59,403 bases of DNA, from assembly GCA_018221305.1 (NCBI GenBank), contig JAAOYK010000062.1, forward strand, positions 1 to 59,403, in the 5' to 3' direction. The DNA is from Candidatus Pacearchaeota archaeon. GTDB taxonomy: Archaea; Nanobdellota; Nanobdellia; Pacearchaeales; GW2011-AR1. Below the pieces are notes generated by a model. The model was not told the DNA's origin and did no database searches. It saw nothing but the letters and a program-made list of their open reading frames with translations. Numbering within the stretch: the first letter of the stretch is position 1; every line of letters begins with the position of its first letter. Shown piece after piece: positions 1 to 8,834 of this stretch. The position numbers were made by a program, and so were the translations under genes.

Positions 1-479
1 GTGATAATCTTAAAGAGATAAAAGAAGCTATAACAAAGCAAGACATCAAGGACTTGCACAGAGATGGTATAATCACTGTAAAAGAAGTTAAAGGGAGAAA
101 GAAAATTAAAAGAAGAAAGTCTCGTCGTGGGCCTGGAAAGATTAAAAAGACAGTTAATAAAAGAAAACAAAGATATGTTAAAATCACGCGAAAATTAAGG
201 GCATATTTAAGTGGACTTAAAAAGTTAGGAATAATTGATAGAGAAAAATCTATTGAATTAAGAAATAAAGTAAGAATGAGAACATTTAGAAGTAAATCAC
301 ATTTAAAGGAATATTTAGAAAAGGTTGAAGAGATCAGCTTAAAGCCTGAAGCAATACGACAAAAGATTAAAAAAGAAGCAGCAGAAAGTAAGTCTAAGAC
401 AAAAAAAATAATTAAAAAAACAGAAAAAAAAGTAGTTAAAAAAGCTGAGAAAAAAACTGTGAAAAAAACTAAAAAATGA
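1..479 (+). CDS. rpl19e: 50S ribosomal protein L19e (5'-truncated by window edge), Lys-rich C-terminal tail
   Basis: Frame is open from the window start (DNLKEIKEAITKQDIKDLHRDGII...), followed by RRGPGKIK and RKLRAYL..LK motifs typical of L19e; lies upstream of L18. Confidence 0.93.
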   Translation, partial: DNLKEIKEAITKQDIKDLHRDGIITVKEVKGRKKIKRRKSRRGPGKIKKTVNKRKQRYVKITRKLRAYLSGLKKLGIIDREKSIELRNKVRMRTFRSKSHLKEYLEKVEEISLKPEAIRQKIKKEAAESKSKTKKIIKKTEKKVVKKAEKKTVKKTKK

Positions 480-970
480 AAAGACAAACAAAAATTGTAA
501 AACGTAGACGAAGGGAAGGGAAAACAAATTATACTCGAAGATTAAAGTTACTTGTAGGAAAACATCCACGGTTTGTTTTCAGAAAAACTAACAGATACTT
601 AATTTTACAAATTGTACAAAGTAGTCATGCGCAAGACAAAGTTGTCCACGTTACTAATAGTAAAGAATTATTAAAACAAGGCTGGCCAAAAGAAAAAACA
701 GGAAGTTTAAAATCATTGCCAGCGGCATACCTTTCAGGATATTTGTTAGGCAAAAAAGTTAAGGACATAAAAGGGAAAATCATTTTAGATGTTGGACTTA
801 TCCCAAGTACTAAAGGTTCAAAAATATACGCAGCACTTAAAGGATTTAGTGATGCAGGCGTAAATATTGCTCATGATAAAAAAATACTACCCACACAAGA
901 ACGCATAGAAGGGGAGAATTCAAAAATAGATAAGGAAACGTTTAATAAAATAAAGGAAGCTATAAAATGA
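476..970 (+). CDS. rpl18: 50S ribosomal protein L18 (uL18)
   Basis: RRRREGKTNYTRRLKLL, RKTNRY, SLPAAYLSG and LDVGL motifs of archaeal L18. Confidence 0.96.
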   Translation: MKRQTKIVKRRRREGKTNYTRRLKLLVGKHPRFVFRKTNRYLILQIVQSSHAQDKVVHVTNSKELLKQGWPKEKTGSLKSLPAAYLSGYLLGKKVKDIKGKIILDVGLIPSTKGSKIYAALKGFSDAGVNIAHDKKILPTQERIEGENSKIDKETFNKIKEAIK

Positions 971-1710
971 ATGACCGAAAAATGAATGATAGAAGACCAC
1001 AAAGATTCACAAGACGGAAAAAACTCTCACGAGAAGAGATGAATAAACTTCGTGAAGAAAGAATTAAGCAGGAACAAATAAAACATCTTGAAGAATGGAA
1101 ACCAAAAACAAGCCTTGGTACGAAAGTTAAGACAAAACAATTTAAAGAGATAGATAAAGTATTAAATTATAAACTTTTGGAACCAGAAATTGTTGACATT
1201 TTAATGAATACTACATCAGATATCTTAAATATTGGACAAGCTAAAGGAAAATTTGGAGGCGGTAAAAGACGAGCTTGGAGACAAACACAGAAAAAAACTG
1301 CTGAAGGTAATGTTCCAACATTCTCATGTATGGCGGTTATAGGTAATGAAGATGGTTATGTAGGATTAGGGTATGGTAGAGCAAAAGAAACACTTCCTGC
1401 ACGTGCCAAAGCAATACGAAGAGCTAAACTAAACATTTTCAAGATTAAACGTGGATGTGCAAGTTTTGACTGTACATGTGGAGAACCTCACACTGTTCCA
1501 TTTATTGTTGAAGGAAAAACCGGAAGCTGTAAAGTTAAATTAATGCCTGCCCCTCAAGGTACTGGGTTAGTTATCGGGGATGAATGTAAAAAGATATTAA
1601 AGGCTGCTGGAATAAAAGATGTTTATAGTGTTACTAATGGAAAAATTAGGACAACAATTAATCTCGCAAAAGCGTGTATCGATGCTTTAGAAAAAACAAA
1701 CCAAATGTAA
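967..1710 (+). CDS. rps5: 30S ribosomal protein S5 (uS5)
   Basis: WKPKTSLG, TQKKTAEG, GNEDGYVGLG, GCASFDCTCGEPH, LMPAPQGTGLV, AGIKDV motifs. Confidence 0.96.
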   Translation: MNDRKMNDRRPQRFTRRKKLSREEMNKLREERIKQEQIKHLEEWKPKTSLGTKVKTKQFKEIDKVLNYKLLEPEIVDILMNTTSDILNIGQAKGKFGGGKRRAWRQTQKKTAEGNVPTFSCMAVIGNEDGYVGLGYGRAKETLPARAKAIRRAKLNIFKIKRGCASFDCTCGEPHTVPFIVEGKTGSCKVKLMPAPQGTGLVIGDECKKILKAAGIKDVYSVTNGKIRTTINLAKACIDALEKTNQM

Positions 1711-1712
1711 AA

Positions 1713-2720
1713 ATGGAAGAACGTAAATTTATCAGACTGAAAAAGGAAGAATTTGGTATAAAAGAATATATCAAAAGAAATCTTGGTAAAGGAAAAATTA
1801 GCCGACTAGATATAGAGTATACTCCTGTTGGTGAAAAAATCATCGTAGCAACTAGTAGGCCTGGTCTTGTTATTGGTCGAAGAGGAGAAAAAATTGAAGA
1901 ATTAACTAGAGTATTAAAATCAAGGTTTAAGCTTGAAAATCCACATATTGAAATCAGTGAAATTAAAAATCCATTATTTGATGCACAATTAGTAGCAGAC
2001 GAAATGGCTTTAGCACTTGAAAGAATGGGGAACCTTAAATTCAAAGTTATAGCGTATAGAAAATTAGGAGATGTAATGAGAGAAGGGGCACTTGGATGTG
2101 AGTTCAGGCTTACTGGAAAACTTCCAAGTGATAGAGCAAAGTCATGGAGATTTGCTCAAGGATATTTAAAAAAAGCAGGAGAATCAAGAAAAGAAATTGA
2201 TAGAGCTCAAGCAACTGCGTTAACAAAGACAGGGATTATAGGTATAAAAGTTGCAATAATGTCACCAGATGCAAGAATTTATGATAGAATTGATATTGAT
2301 GATAAAATGAAAGCACATATTCAAAGAATACCAGAGGATCCAAAAGAAAAAGAAGAAGAAAAAGAAGAAAAAAATAAAAAAAGTCACAAAAAGAAGAAAG
2401 TTACAAAAAAGATTAAAGAAATGATAGATGAAGGAGCACAAAAAAGTGAAAAAAAAGCAGCTAAAATCCTAGAAAAAGGAGAAACAAAGGTTATAATGGA
2501 ATCTCAAAAGGTTAGCAAGCAAGAAGATGGTACTGCTATGATGATTGAAGAAGAGATAGAAGAAGGAGTTCCTCAAGATCAAATTGATAAAGATATAAAA
2601 AAGGGATTAAAGAAAGAAGAAGAAAAGAAAGAAAAAGCAAAACCTAAAGAAAAGATGACTAATAATGATAATGAAAAAGCTAATAAAGATGAAAAACTTA
2701 ACATGGAGGAAGAAAAATAA
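1713..2720 (+). CDS. rps3: 30S ribosomal protein S3 (uS3) with a long charged C-terminal extension
   Basis: MEERKFI start (ATG 1713, just after the S5 stop); KH motif RPGLVIGRRGEKIEEL, LTGKLPSDRAK, GIIGIKV. Confidence 0.95.
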   Translation: MEERKFIRLKKEEFGIKEYIKRNLGKGKISRLDIEYTPVGEKIIVATSRPGLVIGRRGEKIEELTRVLKSRFKLENPHIEISEIKNPLFDAQLVADEMALALERMGNLKFKVIAYRKLGDVMREGALGCEFRLTGKLPSDRAKSWRFAQGYLKKAGESRKEIDRAQATALTKTGIIGIKVAIMSPDARIYDRIDIDDKMKAHIQRIPEDPKEKEEEKEEKNKKSHKKKKVTKKIKEMIDEGAQKSEKKAAKILEKGETKVIMESQKVSKQEDGTAMMIEEEIEEGVPQDQIDKDIKKGLKKEEEKKEKAKPKEKMTNNDNEKANKDEKLNMEEEK

Positions 2721-2775
2721 TGGCAACAATGAAAAATTCTATGATTGTGTCTAGCCATTTGATTATTAAATAAGA

Positions 2776-2979
2776 ATGGCTGTTTTAAAAAATAAAGATA
2801 TCAAAAAAATGTCTGATAAAGAGATTAATAGTAAAATTAAAGAACTAAACATGGAACTAATTAAGAGCAAAGTTGGGGCAAATAAAGGCGGAAAAATAAA
2901 GATTCGTGAGATGAAGATAGCTATTGCCAGGCTTAAAACATTCAATAGATTAAATCAAATAAAGTCTGTTGAAAAATAG
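2776..2979 (+). CDS. rpl29: 50S ribosomal protein L29 (uL29)
   Basis: 67 aa basic protein with MAVLK..DI..MS..E...KI.EL..EL and KIREMKIAIARLKT; follows S3. Confidence 0.9.
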   Translation: MAVLKNKDIKKMSDKEINSKIKELNMELIKSKVGANKGGKIKIREMKIAIARLKTFNRLNQIKSVEK

Positions 2980-2985
2980 AGCAAT

Positions 2986-3285
2986 ATGGATATATGCCCA
3001 AAATGCGGATTGCCTTTACAAGCATGCGTTTGTGAAGAAATAGCGAAGACTGAACAGAGAATACACATCCGGACTGTGAAGAAAAAGTTCGGAAAGATAA
3101 ACACAATAATCTCTGGTTTTCAGGGAGTAGACCTGAAAACCTTAGCCAAGGACCTAAAGCAGAAATTGGCATGTGGTGGAACAGTGAAAGATGATTCACT
3201 AGAACTCCAAGGGAGCCACACAAAAAAAGCTAAAGAGACATTAGTTAAACTTGGCTTTTCAAAAGAAACAATCGACATTGTGTAA
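2986..3285 (+). CDS. sui1: Translation initiation factor aIF-1/SUI1
   Basis: ICPKCGLP..CVCEEIAK, LKQKLACGGT and IELQG-like (LELQGSH) motifs; canonical position after L29. Confidence 0.95.
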   Translation: MDICPKCGLPLQACVCEEIAKTEQRIHIRTVKKKFGKINTIISGFQGVDLKTLAKDLKQKLACGGTVKDDSLELQGSHTKKAKETLVKLGFSKETIDIV

Positions 3286-3364
3286 AAAAGGCATTTAAAA
3301 AGCAGAACACGAAGGTGATAAGATTAAGAGTAGGAATACTGCCAAAATTTTAAAAGTAAATAAA

Positions 3365-4051
3365 ATGGAACAAGAAAAAACAACTGAAGAAGAAATACGT
3401 GAAGAAATTCATGAAGCTGAACAAGAAATTGCTAATGAAGTAGTAAAGATAAAAGATAAAGTTAGTGACCATAAGATCACAAGTAAACAAGCTAACAAGA
3501 AAATTGATAAAGAAGTTTCTGAAATAGCACAAGAAACAATGAAAGATATTGAAAAAGTAAAAAAGCCGAAAAAGCAAATGAAAAGTGAAAAAAAGCCTCA
3601 AAAAGTTGCAAGCCCAAAATCAGGAGTTATTGCGATTATTCGAATATCTGGCATGGTTAAAGTTAAAGATGAAATAGCCTCAACACTTTCAAGGTTAAGA
3701 CTTCGGCGTAAATATGCATGCACGCTTATTGATAGCACAGACAATCAAATAATGAAAATGTTAGAGAAAGTTAAGTATTATGTAGCATATGGGCTGATTA
3801 ATGAAGCAACATTGTCTCAGTTAATTAAAGAACGCGCAAGAAAAATAGGAAGTTCTAAAAAGCCAAAGTTGGATGAAAATGATATTATGAAGAAGATAAT
3901 GAAAGGCGACAACCTAAAAAGTTTAGGCCTTAAACCCTTCTTTAGGCTACATCCTCCAAGACGCGGAATAAAAAGTAAACTTCAATATCCAAAAGGTGTT
4001 CTTGGGAATAATAAAGAAGATATAAATAAATTAATTGCAAGGATGCTTTAG
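3365..4051 (+). CDS. rpl30: 50S ribosomal protein L30 (uL30) with a ~85 aa charged N-terminal extension
   Basis: IAIIRISG..TLSRLRLRRK and FFRLHPPRRG..GVLG..INKLIARML motifs. Confidence 0.93.
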   Translation: MEQEKTTEEEIREEIHEAEQEIANEVVKIKDKVSDHKITSKQANKKIDKEVSEIAQETMKDIEKVKKPKKQMKSEKKPQKVASPKSGVIAIIRISGMVKVKDEIASTLSRLRLRRKYACTLIDSTDNQIMKMLEKVKYYVAYGLINEATLSQLIKERARKIGSSKKPKLDENDIMKKIMKGDNLKSLGLKPFFRLHPPRRGIKSKLQYPKGVLGNNKEDINKLIARML

Positions 4052-4055
4052 AAAA

Positions 4056-4565
4056 ATGGTTGTAAGAATAAAAAAGAAAAAGAAAGCGCCAGGAATGCGT
4101 GGAACTAATAGTCATGGAGGAGGAGCAAGAGGAAAACGAAGAAAAAGCGGTCATCATGGGGGTGGAGGAATGTCTGGTAGTGGTAAACGAGCAGATCACA
4201 AAAAGTCTCTTGTAATAAAACTTTATGGCAACAAATATTTTGGTAAAAAAGGAATTGTCGGCAAAAAAACAGCAAGAGATAAAAGACAAGCAATGGATCT
4301 GAAAGAGATTCAAAGAGATTTAAGATCAATATTAAAAAAGTTTGGTGTTAAAGGAAAGAAAGATGAGATCATATTAAAAGATTATACAATACTTGGTGAG
4401 GGCGAATTGAAACAAAAGTTAACAATTACTGCAAAAAGATTTTCAAAAAGTGCAAAGCAAAAAATTGAAAAAGCTGGAGGAAAATGGATAATGACCCAAG
4501 CTCAAAAAACAATTTCTGAAGCACCAGAATCTATAAAAAAAGTGAAAGATAGTGAGCAAAAATAA
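4056..4565 (+). CDS. rpl15: 50S ribosomal protein L15 (uL15)
   Basis: RGTNSHGGG..RKSGHHGGGGMSGSGK, ILGEG, FSKSAKQKIEKAGG; ATG 4056 chosen as the start. Confidence 0.94.
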   Translation: MVVRIKKKKKAPGMRGTNSHGGGARGKRRKSGHHGGGGMSGSGKRADHKKSLVIKLYGNKYFGKKGIVGKKTARDKRQAMDLKEIQRDLRSILKKFGVKGKKDEIILKDYTILGEGELKQKLTITAKRFSKSAKQKIEKAGGKWIMTQAQKTISEAPESIKKVKDSEQK

Positions 4566-4618
4566 TCAGCTTTATAAACTAATTCCCATTCATAATCAAA
4601 TAAACAAAGAATTTAGAT

Positions 4619-6004
4619 ATGGAATTTCGAGCTATATTAAAAAATTTACCAGAAGTCCGGGCACCTACTGAAAAAAAATTAGGATTTAATATTAAGTTAA
4701 AATGGACTGTAATAGTTTTAGTTGCTTTCTTTATAATGTCAAACATTGCGTTGTATGGATTAGAAAACAATGCATTAGAACGTTTTGAATATTTAGCAGT
4801 CATTATGGGTACTAGTTTTGGATCAATAATTAGCTTAGGTATTGGACCAATCGTAATGGCATCAATCATATTGCAATTACTGGTTGGAAGTAAGATCTTA
4901 AACATTGATACCTCAACAGAGGAAGGAAAAAAGTTTTTCCAAGGCCTGCAAAAGTTATCAGTATTTTTCTTCATAATATTTGAGGCAGTGATTTATGTAG
5001 TAATGAAAGGACTTGAAGCAACTCCTGGGTTTACATCAGTTGTTATTTTACAATTAATTTTAGGTGGGTTAGCAATTTTATTCATGGACGAGGTTTCTCA
5101 AAAATGGGGATTTGGTAGTGGTGTTAGCTTATTCATCGCAGCAGGTATTGGTTGGAGATTAATTACTGCAGCGTTTGGATTTTTAAACACGCAAGGTAAC
5201 TTTCAAATAACTGGAAGAATTTGGGTATTATTTACAAGTTTAGTGGCAAGCCCACCAGATACTCAAGGGTTCATGCTAGCTTTAGCAGCGATTCTAGCAA
5301 CAGTTATATTATTTTTAATAGTTGTATGGACACAATCATTAAAAATAGAAATCCCACTAAGTTATGACAGACTACGAGGATATTCTATGAAGTGGCCGTT
5401 GCAGTTTTTTTATGCCTCAGTAATCCCTGTAATCTTGACAGCAGCCTTAATTGCCAACTTACAACTCTTTGGAGGACTATTACAAAATAAACTCGGCCAC
5501 CCGACAGTACTTGGAAATTTTAAAGAAGGTCGCGCAGTATGTGATGTTGATGGTTGCGGAGTTCTTTATTGGGTAAGTTCAACAAACGTTGTTGAAAGAA
5601 TAATTACTAAAAGCTGGAGTTGGACAATTTTAGGACAAACAGCAGGGCATGTATTATTTTTCATGTTTTTTGCTGCATTGTTTTCAGTATTTTGGGTGAA
5701 AACATCAGGAATGGACGCATCCAATCAGGCACAAAATATACTCAAATCAGGTCTGCAAATCCCTGGATTTAGAAGAGACGAACGTATCCTTGAATCTATA
5801 TTATCAAGATATGTTATGCCTTTAACAATAATGGGGGGTCTTGCAATAGGGCTCTTAGCAGCGTTAGCAGACATTTTAGGAGCATTAGTAGGCGGAACAG
5901 CTCTACTGTTAGGTATAATGATCACGTTCCAGTTTTATCAAAGTATTGCAAAAGATCATGCAATGGATATGAATCCAGCATTAAAGAAAATGATGGGTGC
6001 TTAA
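4619..6004 (+). CDS. secY: Preprotein translocase subunit SecY
   Basis: LPEV..P, KLKWT, LGIGPIVMASIILQLLVG, KWGFGSGVSLFIAAG, IPGFRRD; multi-TM; follows L15. Confidence 0.97.
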   Translation: MEFRAILKNLPEVRAPTEKKLGFNIKLKWTVIVLVAFFIMSNIALYGLENNALERFEYLAVIMGTSFGSIISLGIGPIVMASIILQLLVGSKILNIDTSTEEGKKFFQGLQKLSVFFFIIFEAVIYVVMKGLEATPGFTSVVILQLILGGLAILFMDEVSQKWGFGSGVSLFIAAGIGWRLITAAFGFLNTQGNFQITGRIWVLFTSLVASPPDTQGFMLALAAILATVILFLIVVWTQSLKIEIPLSYDRLRGYSMKWPLQFFYASVIPVILTAALIANLQLFGGLLQNKLGHPTVLGNFKEGRAVCDVDGCGVLYWVSSTNVVERIITKSWSWTILGQTAGHVLFFMFFAALFSVFWVKTSGMDASNQAQNILKSGLQIPGFRRDERILESILSRYVMPLTIMGGLAIGLLAALADILGALVGGTALLLGIMITFQFYQSIAKDHAMDMNPALKKMMGA

Positions 6005-6056
6005 GCGTAGTTTTAAAAACACACAAAAACTCAAAGATATACGATAATACAAAAAA

Positions 6057-6461
6057 ATGGCATTAATAGATATGATTCAAGGAAATCCAAGGGTAGCAAT
6101 TATCTTTTTCTCGTTTCTAGTAACTCTGTTTATCACAGTTATAACATATTATATGACTGATAGAGAAAAAATGAAAGCTATTAGAGATAGACAGAAGCTG
6201 CTTCGAAAAGAAATGAAACAGTATAGAGACAACCCTCAAAAGATGATGGAACTTAACAAACAATTAATGGCAGACTTTCCTGAACAAATGAAGCATTCAA
6301 TGAAACCAATGCTTGTAACAATTATCCCATTACTAATACTTTTTAGCTGGCTTAGATCAACTTTTGCGCAAACTGCTATTGCTGGATCTTGGTTTTGGTG
6401 GTATTTAGTATCATCGATCATATTTAGTATGTTCTTAAGAAAAAGCCTGGGATTACAATAA
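6057..6461 (+). CDS. DUF106/EMC3-TMCO1 (Oxa1-superfamily) membrane protein
   Basis: TM helix, coiled region, MKPMLVTIIP and WFWWYLVSSIIFS; canonical position downstream of secY. Confidence 0.85.
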   Translation: MALIDMIQGNPRVAIIFFSFLVTLFITVITYYMTDREKMKAIRDRQKLLRKEMKQYRDNPQKMMELNKQLMADFPEQMKHSMKPMLVTIIPLLILFSWLRSTFAQTAIAGSWFWWYLVSSIIFSMFLRKSLGLQ

Positions 6462-6528
6462 TCTTTTTAAACAAAAATTTGTTTCAAAAATTAGATGATA
6501 TCAAAATTTAAAAGATTCTTTTAAAAAA

Positions 6529-7008
6529 ATGATTTTTGAGATAAACACATATAAATCTAGTGGTGATGGGCTGCGAGCAAACCCAGACATTAAAGAGATT
6601 TCTGATCAACACATAATCTATAAACAAGGGTTAGGGCGTGCTAATAATAAAAATGATGCAAAAGTTTTAGCACAAAATACTGCAAAGACATTATTTTTGA
6701 TTCAAGCACATGCACTAGGTGTAGATTTTTTTACTGACAGGGAATCTGACTGGCAAGTGATATCATTTAAAAGCTCCCTTAGTATTTTCAGTTCTCTTGA
6801 TCCTTCAAAATCACAAACATATATAGCAGCAATAGTGGAGGGCGGAGTTGGTTATGTAGGGACATATACAGATTATAATTCAATGAAAGAAAAACGAGCA
6901 CAACAGTTAGAAATAGCAAGAGGATTAGTTAGAAAATTAAGTAACTTTCCAGCAAAATATTGTAATGATGTCTTAAATATGATTAAACGAAAAGAAGGGA
7001 CACTCTGA
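6529..7008 (+). CDS. Hypothetical protein
   Basis: 159 aa ORF filling the gap between genes; no motif recognised. Confidence 0.6.
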   Translation: MIFEINTYKSSGDGLRANPDIKEISDQHIIYKQGLGRANNKNDAKVLAQNTAKTLFLIQAHALGVDFFTDRESDWQVISFKSSLSIFSSLDPSKSQTYIAAIVEGGVGYVGTYTDYNSMKEKRAQQLEIARGLVRKLSNFPAKYCNDVLNMIKRKEGTL

Positions 7009-7013
7009 TAATT

Positions 7014-7391
7014 TTACTTTTTTCTTAAAATTAGATAAAACACACTTGATGCTAAAATTCCTACAGAATTTGTTATTATATCAGTGTACGAACAAAACCG
7101 GTTTGGTACAAAAAATTGATGAATCTCGTCAGTTATAGAATATGCTAGAGCTAATAATATCGCAAACAGTACTAAATACCTATTATCTATCTTACCCCTT
7201 ATTATCGCAATTAATAAGAAAAACGAAAAGATTGCAAATATTGTAAAATGGTACATATAAGATTTATAAGGGATACCTTTACCAGGGACACCGGCCTCGA
7301 AAGTAAGGCCTGAGATATAAAATATAAATATGGCCATACCAAGAGCCATAAACCATGCAAAAAAGCTATGTCTTTCAAACCACTTTATCAT
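7014..7391 (-). CDS. VanZ-like membrane protein
   Basis: IFYIS, H..IFA and YSITDEIHQFFVPNR..DIITNSVG are VanZ signatures; start moved to ATG 7391 on TATA spacing. Confidence 0.85.
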   Translation of the reverse strand: MIKWFERHSFFAWFMALGMAIFIFYISGLTFEAGVPGKGIPYKSYMYHFTIFAIFSFFLLIAIIRGKIDNRYLVLFAILLALAYSITDEIHQFFVPNRFCSYTDIITNSVGILASSVFYLILRKK

Positions 7392-7412
7392 GCAATACTT
7401 CAAATGCATAAA

Positions 7413-7422
7413 CCTTAAAAAG
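7413..7422. promoter_or_regulatory. Candidate shared bidirectional TATA element between VanZ-like and prefoldin genes
   Basis: CCTTAAAAAG sits about 29-30 nt upstream of both ATG 7443 (+) and ATG 7391 (-). Confidence 0.45.
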
Positions 7423-7442
7423 CTTGCTAATTCTCAATTTCT

Positions 7443-7865
7443 ATGGATCAACAAAAAATAATGCAAATACAAATGATTGAACAGGAAAATCAGCACTTGA
7501 ATCAACAATTACAATTAATAGAACAAAATATTGTTGAATTACAAGAACTAAACGAAAGTATGCAAGAAATTGAATCTGGAGATAAACAAGAGTTATTAGT
7601 AAATATTGGGAAACGGATCTATTTGCCTGTTAAAATTACTGAGAAAAAATTATTAGTAGAAGTTGGAAACAAAAATTTTGTTAAAAAAAGTATTCCAGAA
7701 ACAACAGAAGTTATTACTGAACAAATCAAAAGATTATTAGAAGGAAAAGAGCAAGTCACGGAAAGGTTAAACATTTTACAAAAAGAAGTTGAGATGTTAA
7801 TTAGAAATGTAGAAGCTGAGCAAAAAAAAGAACAAAAAAAGCCGGCAAGCAAGAAAAAAAATTAA
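7443..7865 (+). CDS. pfdA: Prefoldin subunit alpha
   Basis: Coiled coil, then ELLVNIG..IYLP..KKLLVEVG..FVKKS beta hairpins, then coiled coil. Confidence 0.9.
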   Translation: MDQQKIMQIQMIEQENQHLNQQLQLIEQNIVELQELNESMQEIESGDKQELLVNIGKRIYLPVKITEKKLLVEVGNKNFVKKSIPETTEVITEQIKRLLEGKEQVTERLNILQKEVEMLIRNVEAEQKKEQKKPASKKKN

Positions 7866-8680
7866 TCATTTTTTGAGTTTTCTATAAACTGATCATAAGT
7901 TAAAGTTCCAAGTTCGCTAATTATACGTTTAATATATTTCTTTTTTACTAAACCAAATGCTGGATTTTTTATCTTAATTCTTTTTTTTGTGTCCCAGATT
8001 TCATCAGGATCTCTTTGCTCTAATTTGATATTTCTAGAATATTTCCAGGAGTCTGCTAAAATATAAACCGGGATTTTGTTAGCGCGAGCAATTTGTGCAA
8101 ACATGCCACTACCAATCTTATTAACAACACCATTAATTGTTATTGCGTCAGCACCAAATAAAACCAAATCTACATCTTTTGTTCCTTGAGATTTGGTCAA
8201 TGCAATTCCGGCTGCAGAATCAACAAATAAAGTAACATTAATACCTACTTTACGTAGATCACGTGCTGTTTTTCTTCCCTGATATAATGGACGTGTCTCA
8301 GTATGATATACTTCAAACTTTTTACCTTTATCTTTTGCATACATTAAAGCATTAACAACACTTGAAGAATGACAGTGAGTAAATATGACAGAATTTTTCT
8401 TAATCAACTTATAGACATGTTTGTTTATAATCTCCTGATTTTCGTTTATCATTATTCGCAAATCATTAGATGACCAATCATCTGCTCGCTCTAAAATGTG
8501 ATGAAGTAAGGGTTCAGTCGGGCGCAAAGATAAAAGTTTATTTTTTGATGCAAAAGTAGGTACTAGCTTATATGCTCTAAAAGCTGAACGGGCAACATTA
8601 CGGGCTCCTTGTATTCTTAGATCTTTTATGTTTTTACAAATCTTATTAAATAGTTCTCTTTTTCTTTTTTTGGTCATCAT
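7862..8680 (-). CDS. Ribose-1,5-bisphosphate isomerase (eIF-2B alpha/beta/delta family)
   Basis: IQGARNVA, RPTEP, THCHSSSV (catalytic Cys), ETRPLYQG, GADAI (catalytic Asp), NKIGS, NPAF. Confidence 0.85.
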   Translation of the reverse strand: MMTKKRKRELFNKICKNIKDLRIQGARNVARSAFRAYKLVPTFASKNKLLSLRPTEPLLHHILERADDWSSNDLRIMINENQEIINKHVYKLIKKNSVIFTHCHSSSVVNALMYAKDKGKKFEVYHTETRPLYQGRKTARDLRKVGINVTLFVDSAAGIALTKSQGTKDVDLVLFGADAITINGVVNKIGSGMFAQIARANKIPVYILADSWKYSRNIKLEQRDPDEIWDTKKRIKIKNPAFGLVKKKYIKRIISELGTLTYDQFIENSKND

Positions 8681-8834
8681 TCTCTTAATTCCCCTTTTTT
8701 CTTATTATATTAAAAAGAGTAGAGTATAAAAGTTTTTGTTAACATTATAAATGATATATATTCATTTTTGAACATAAAAGACTATTTAAACTAATAAAAT
8801 TTAATTATTATAGTCAAGAAAAAGGTGAACTCAT

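Noticed and set aside
3286-3364. Structured RNA or r-protein leader before L30 (AGTA-GGAA-TACT mini hairpin)
   Set aside because: The stem is only 4 bp, too weak to call without covariation evidence.
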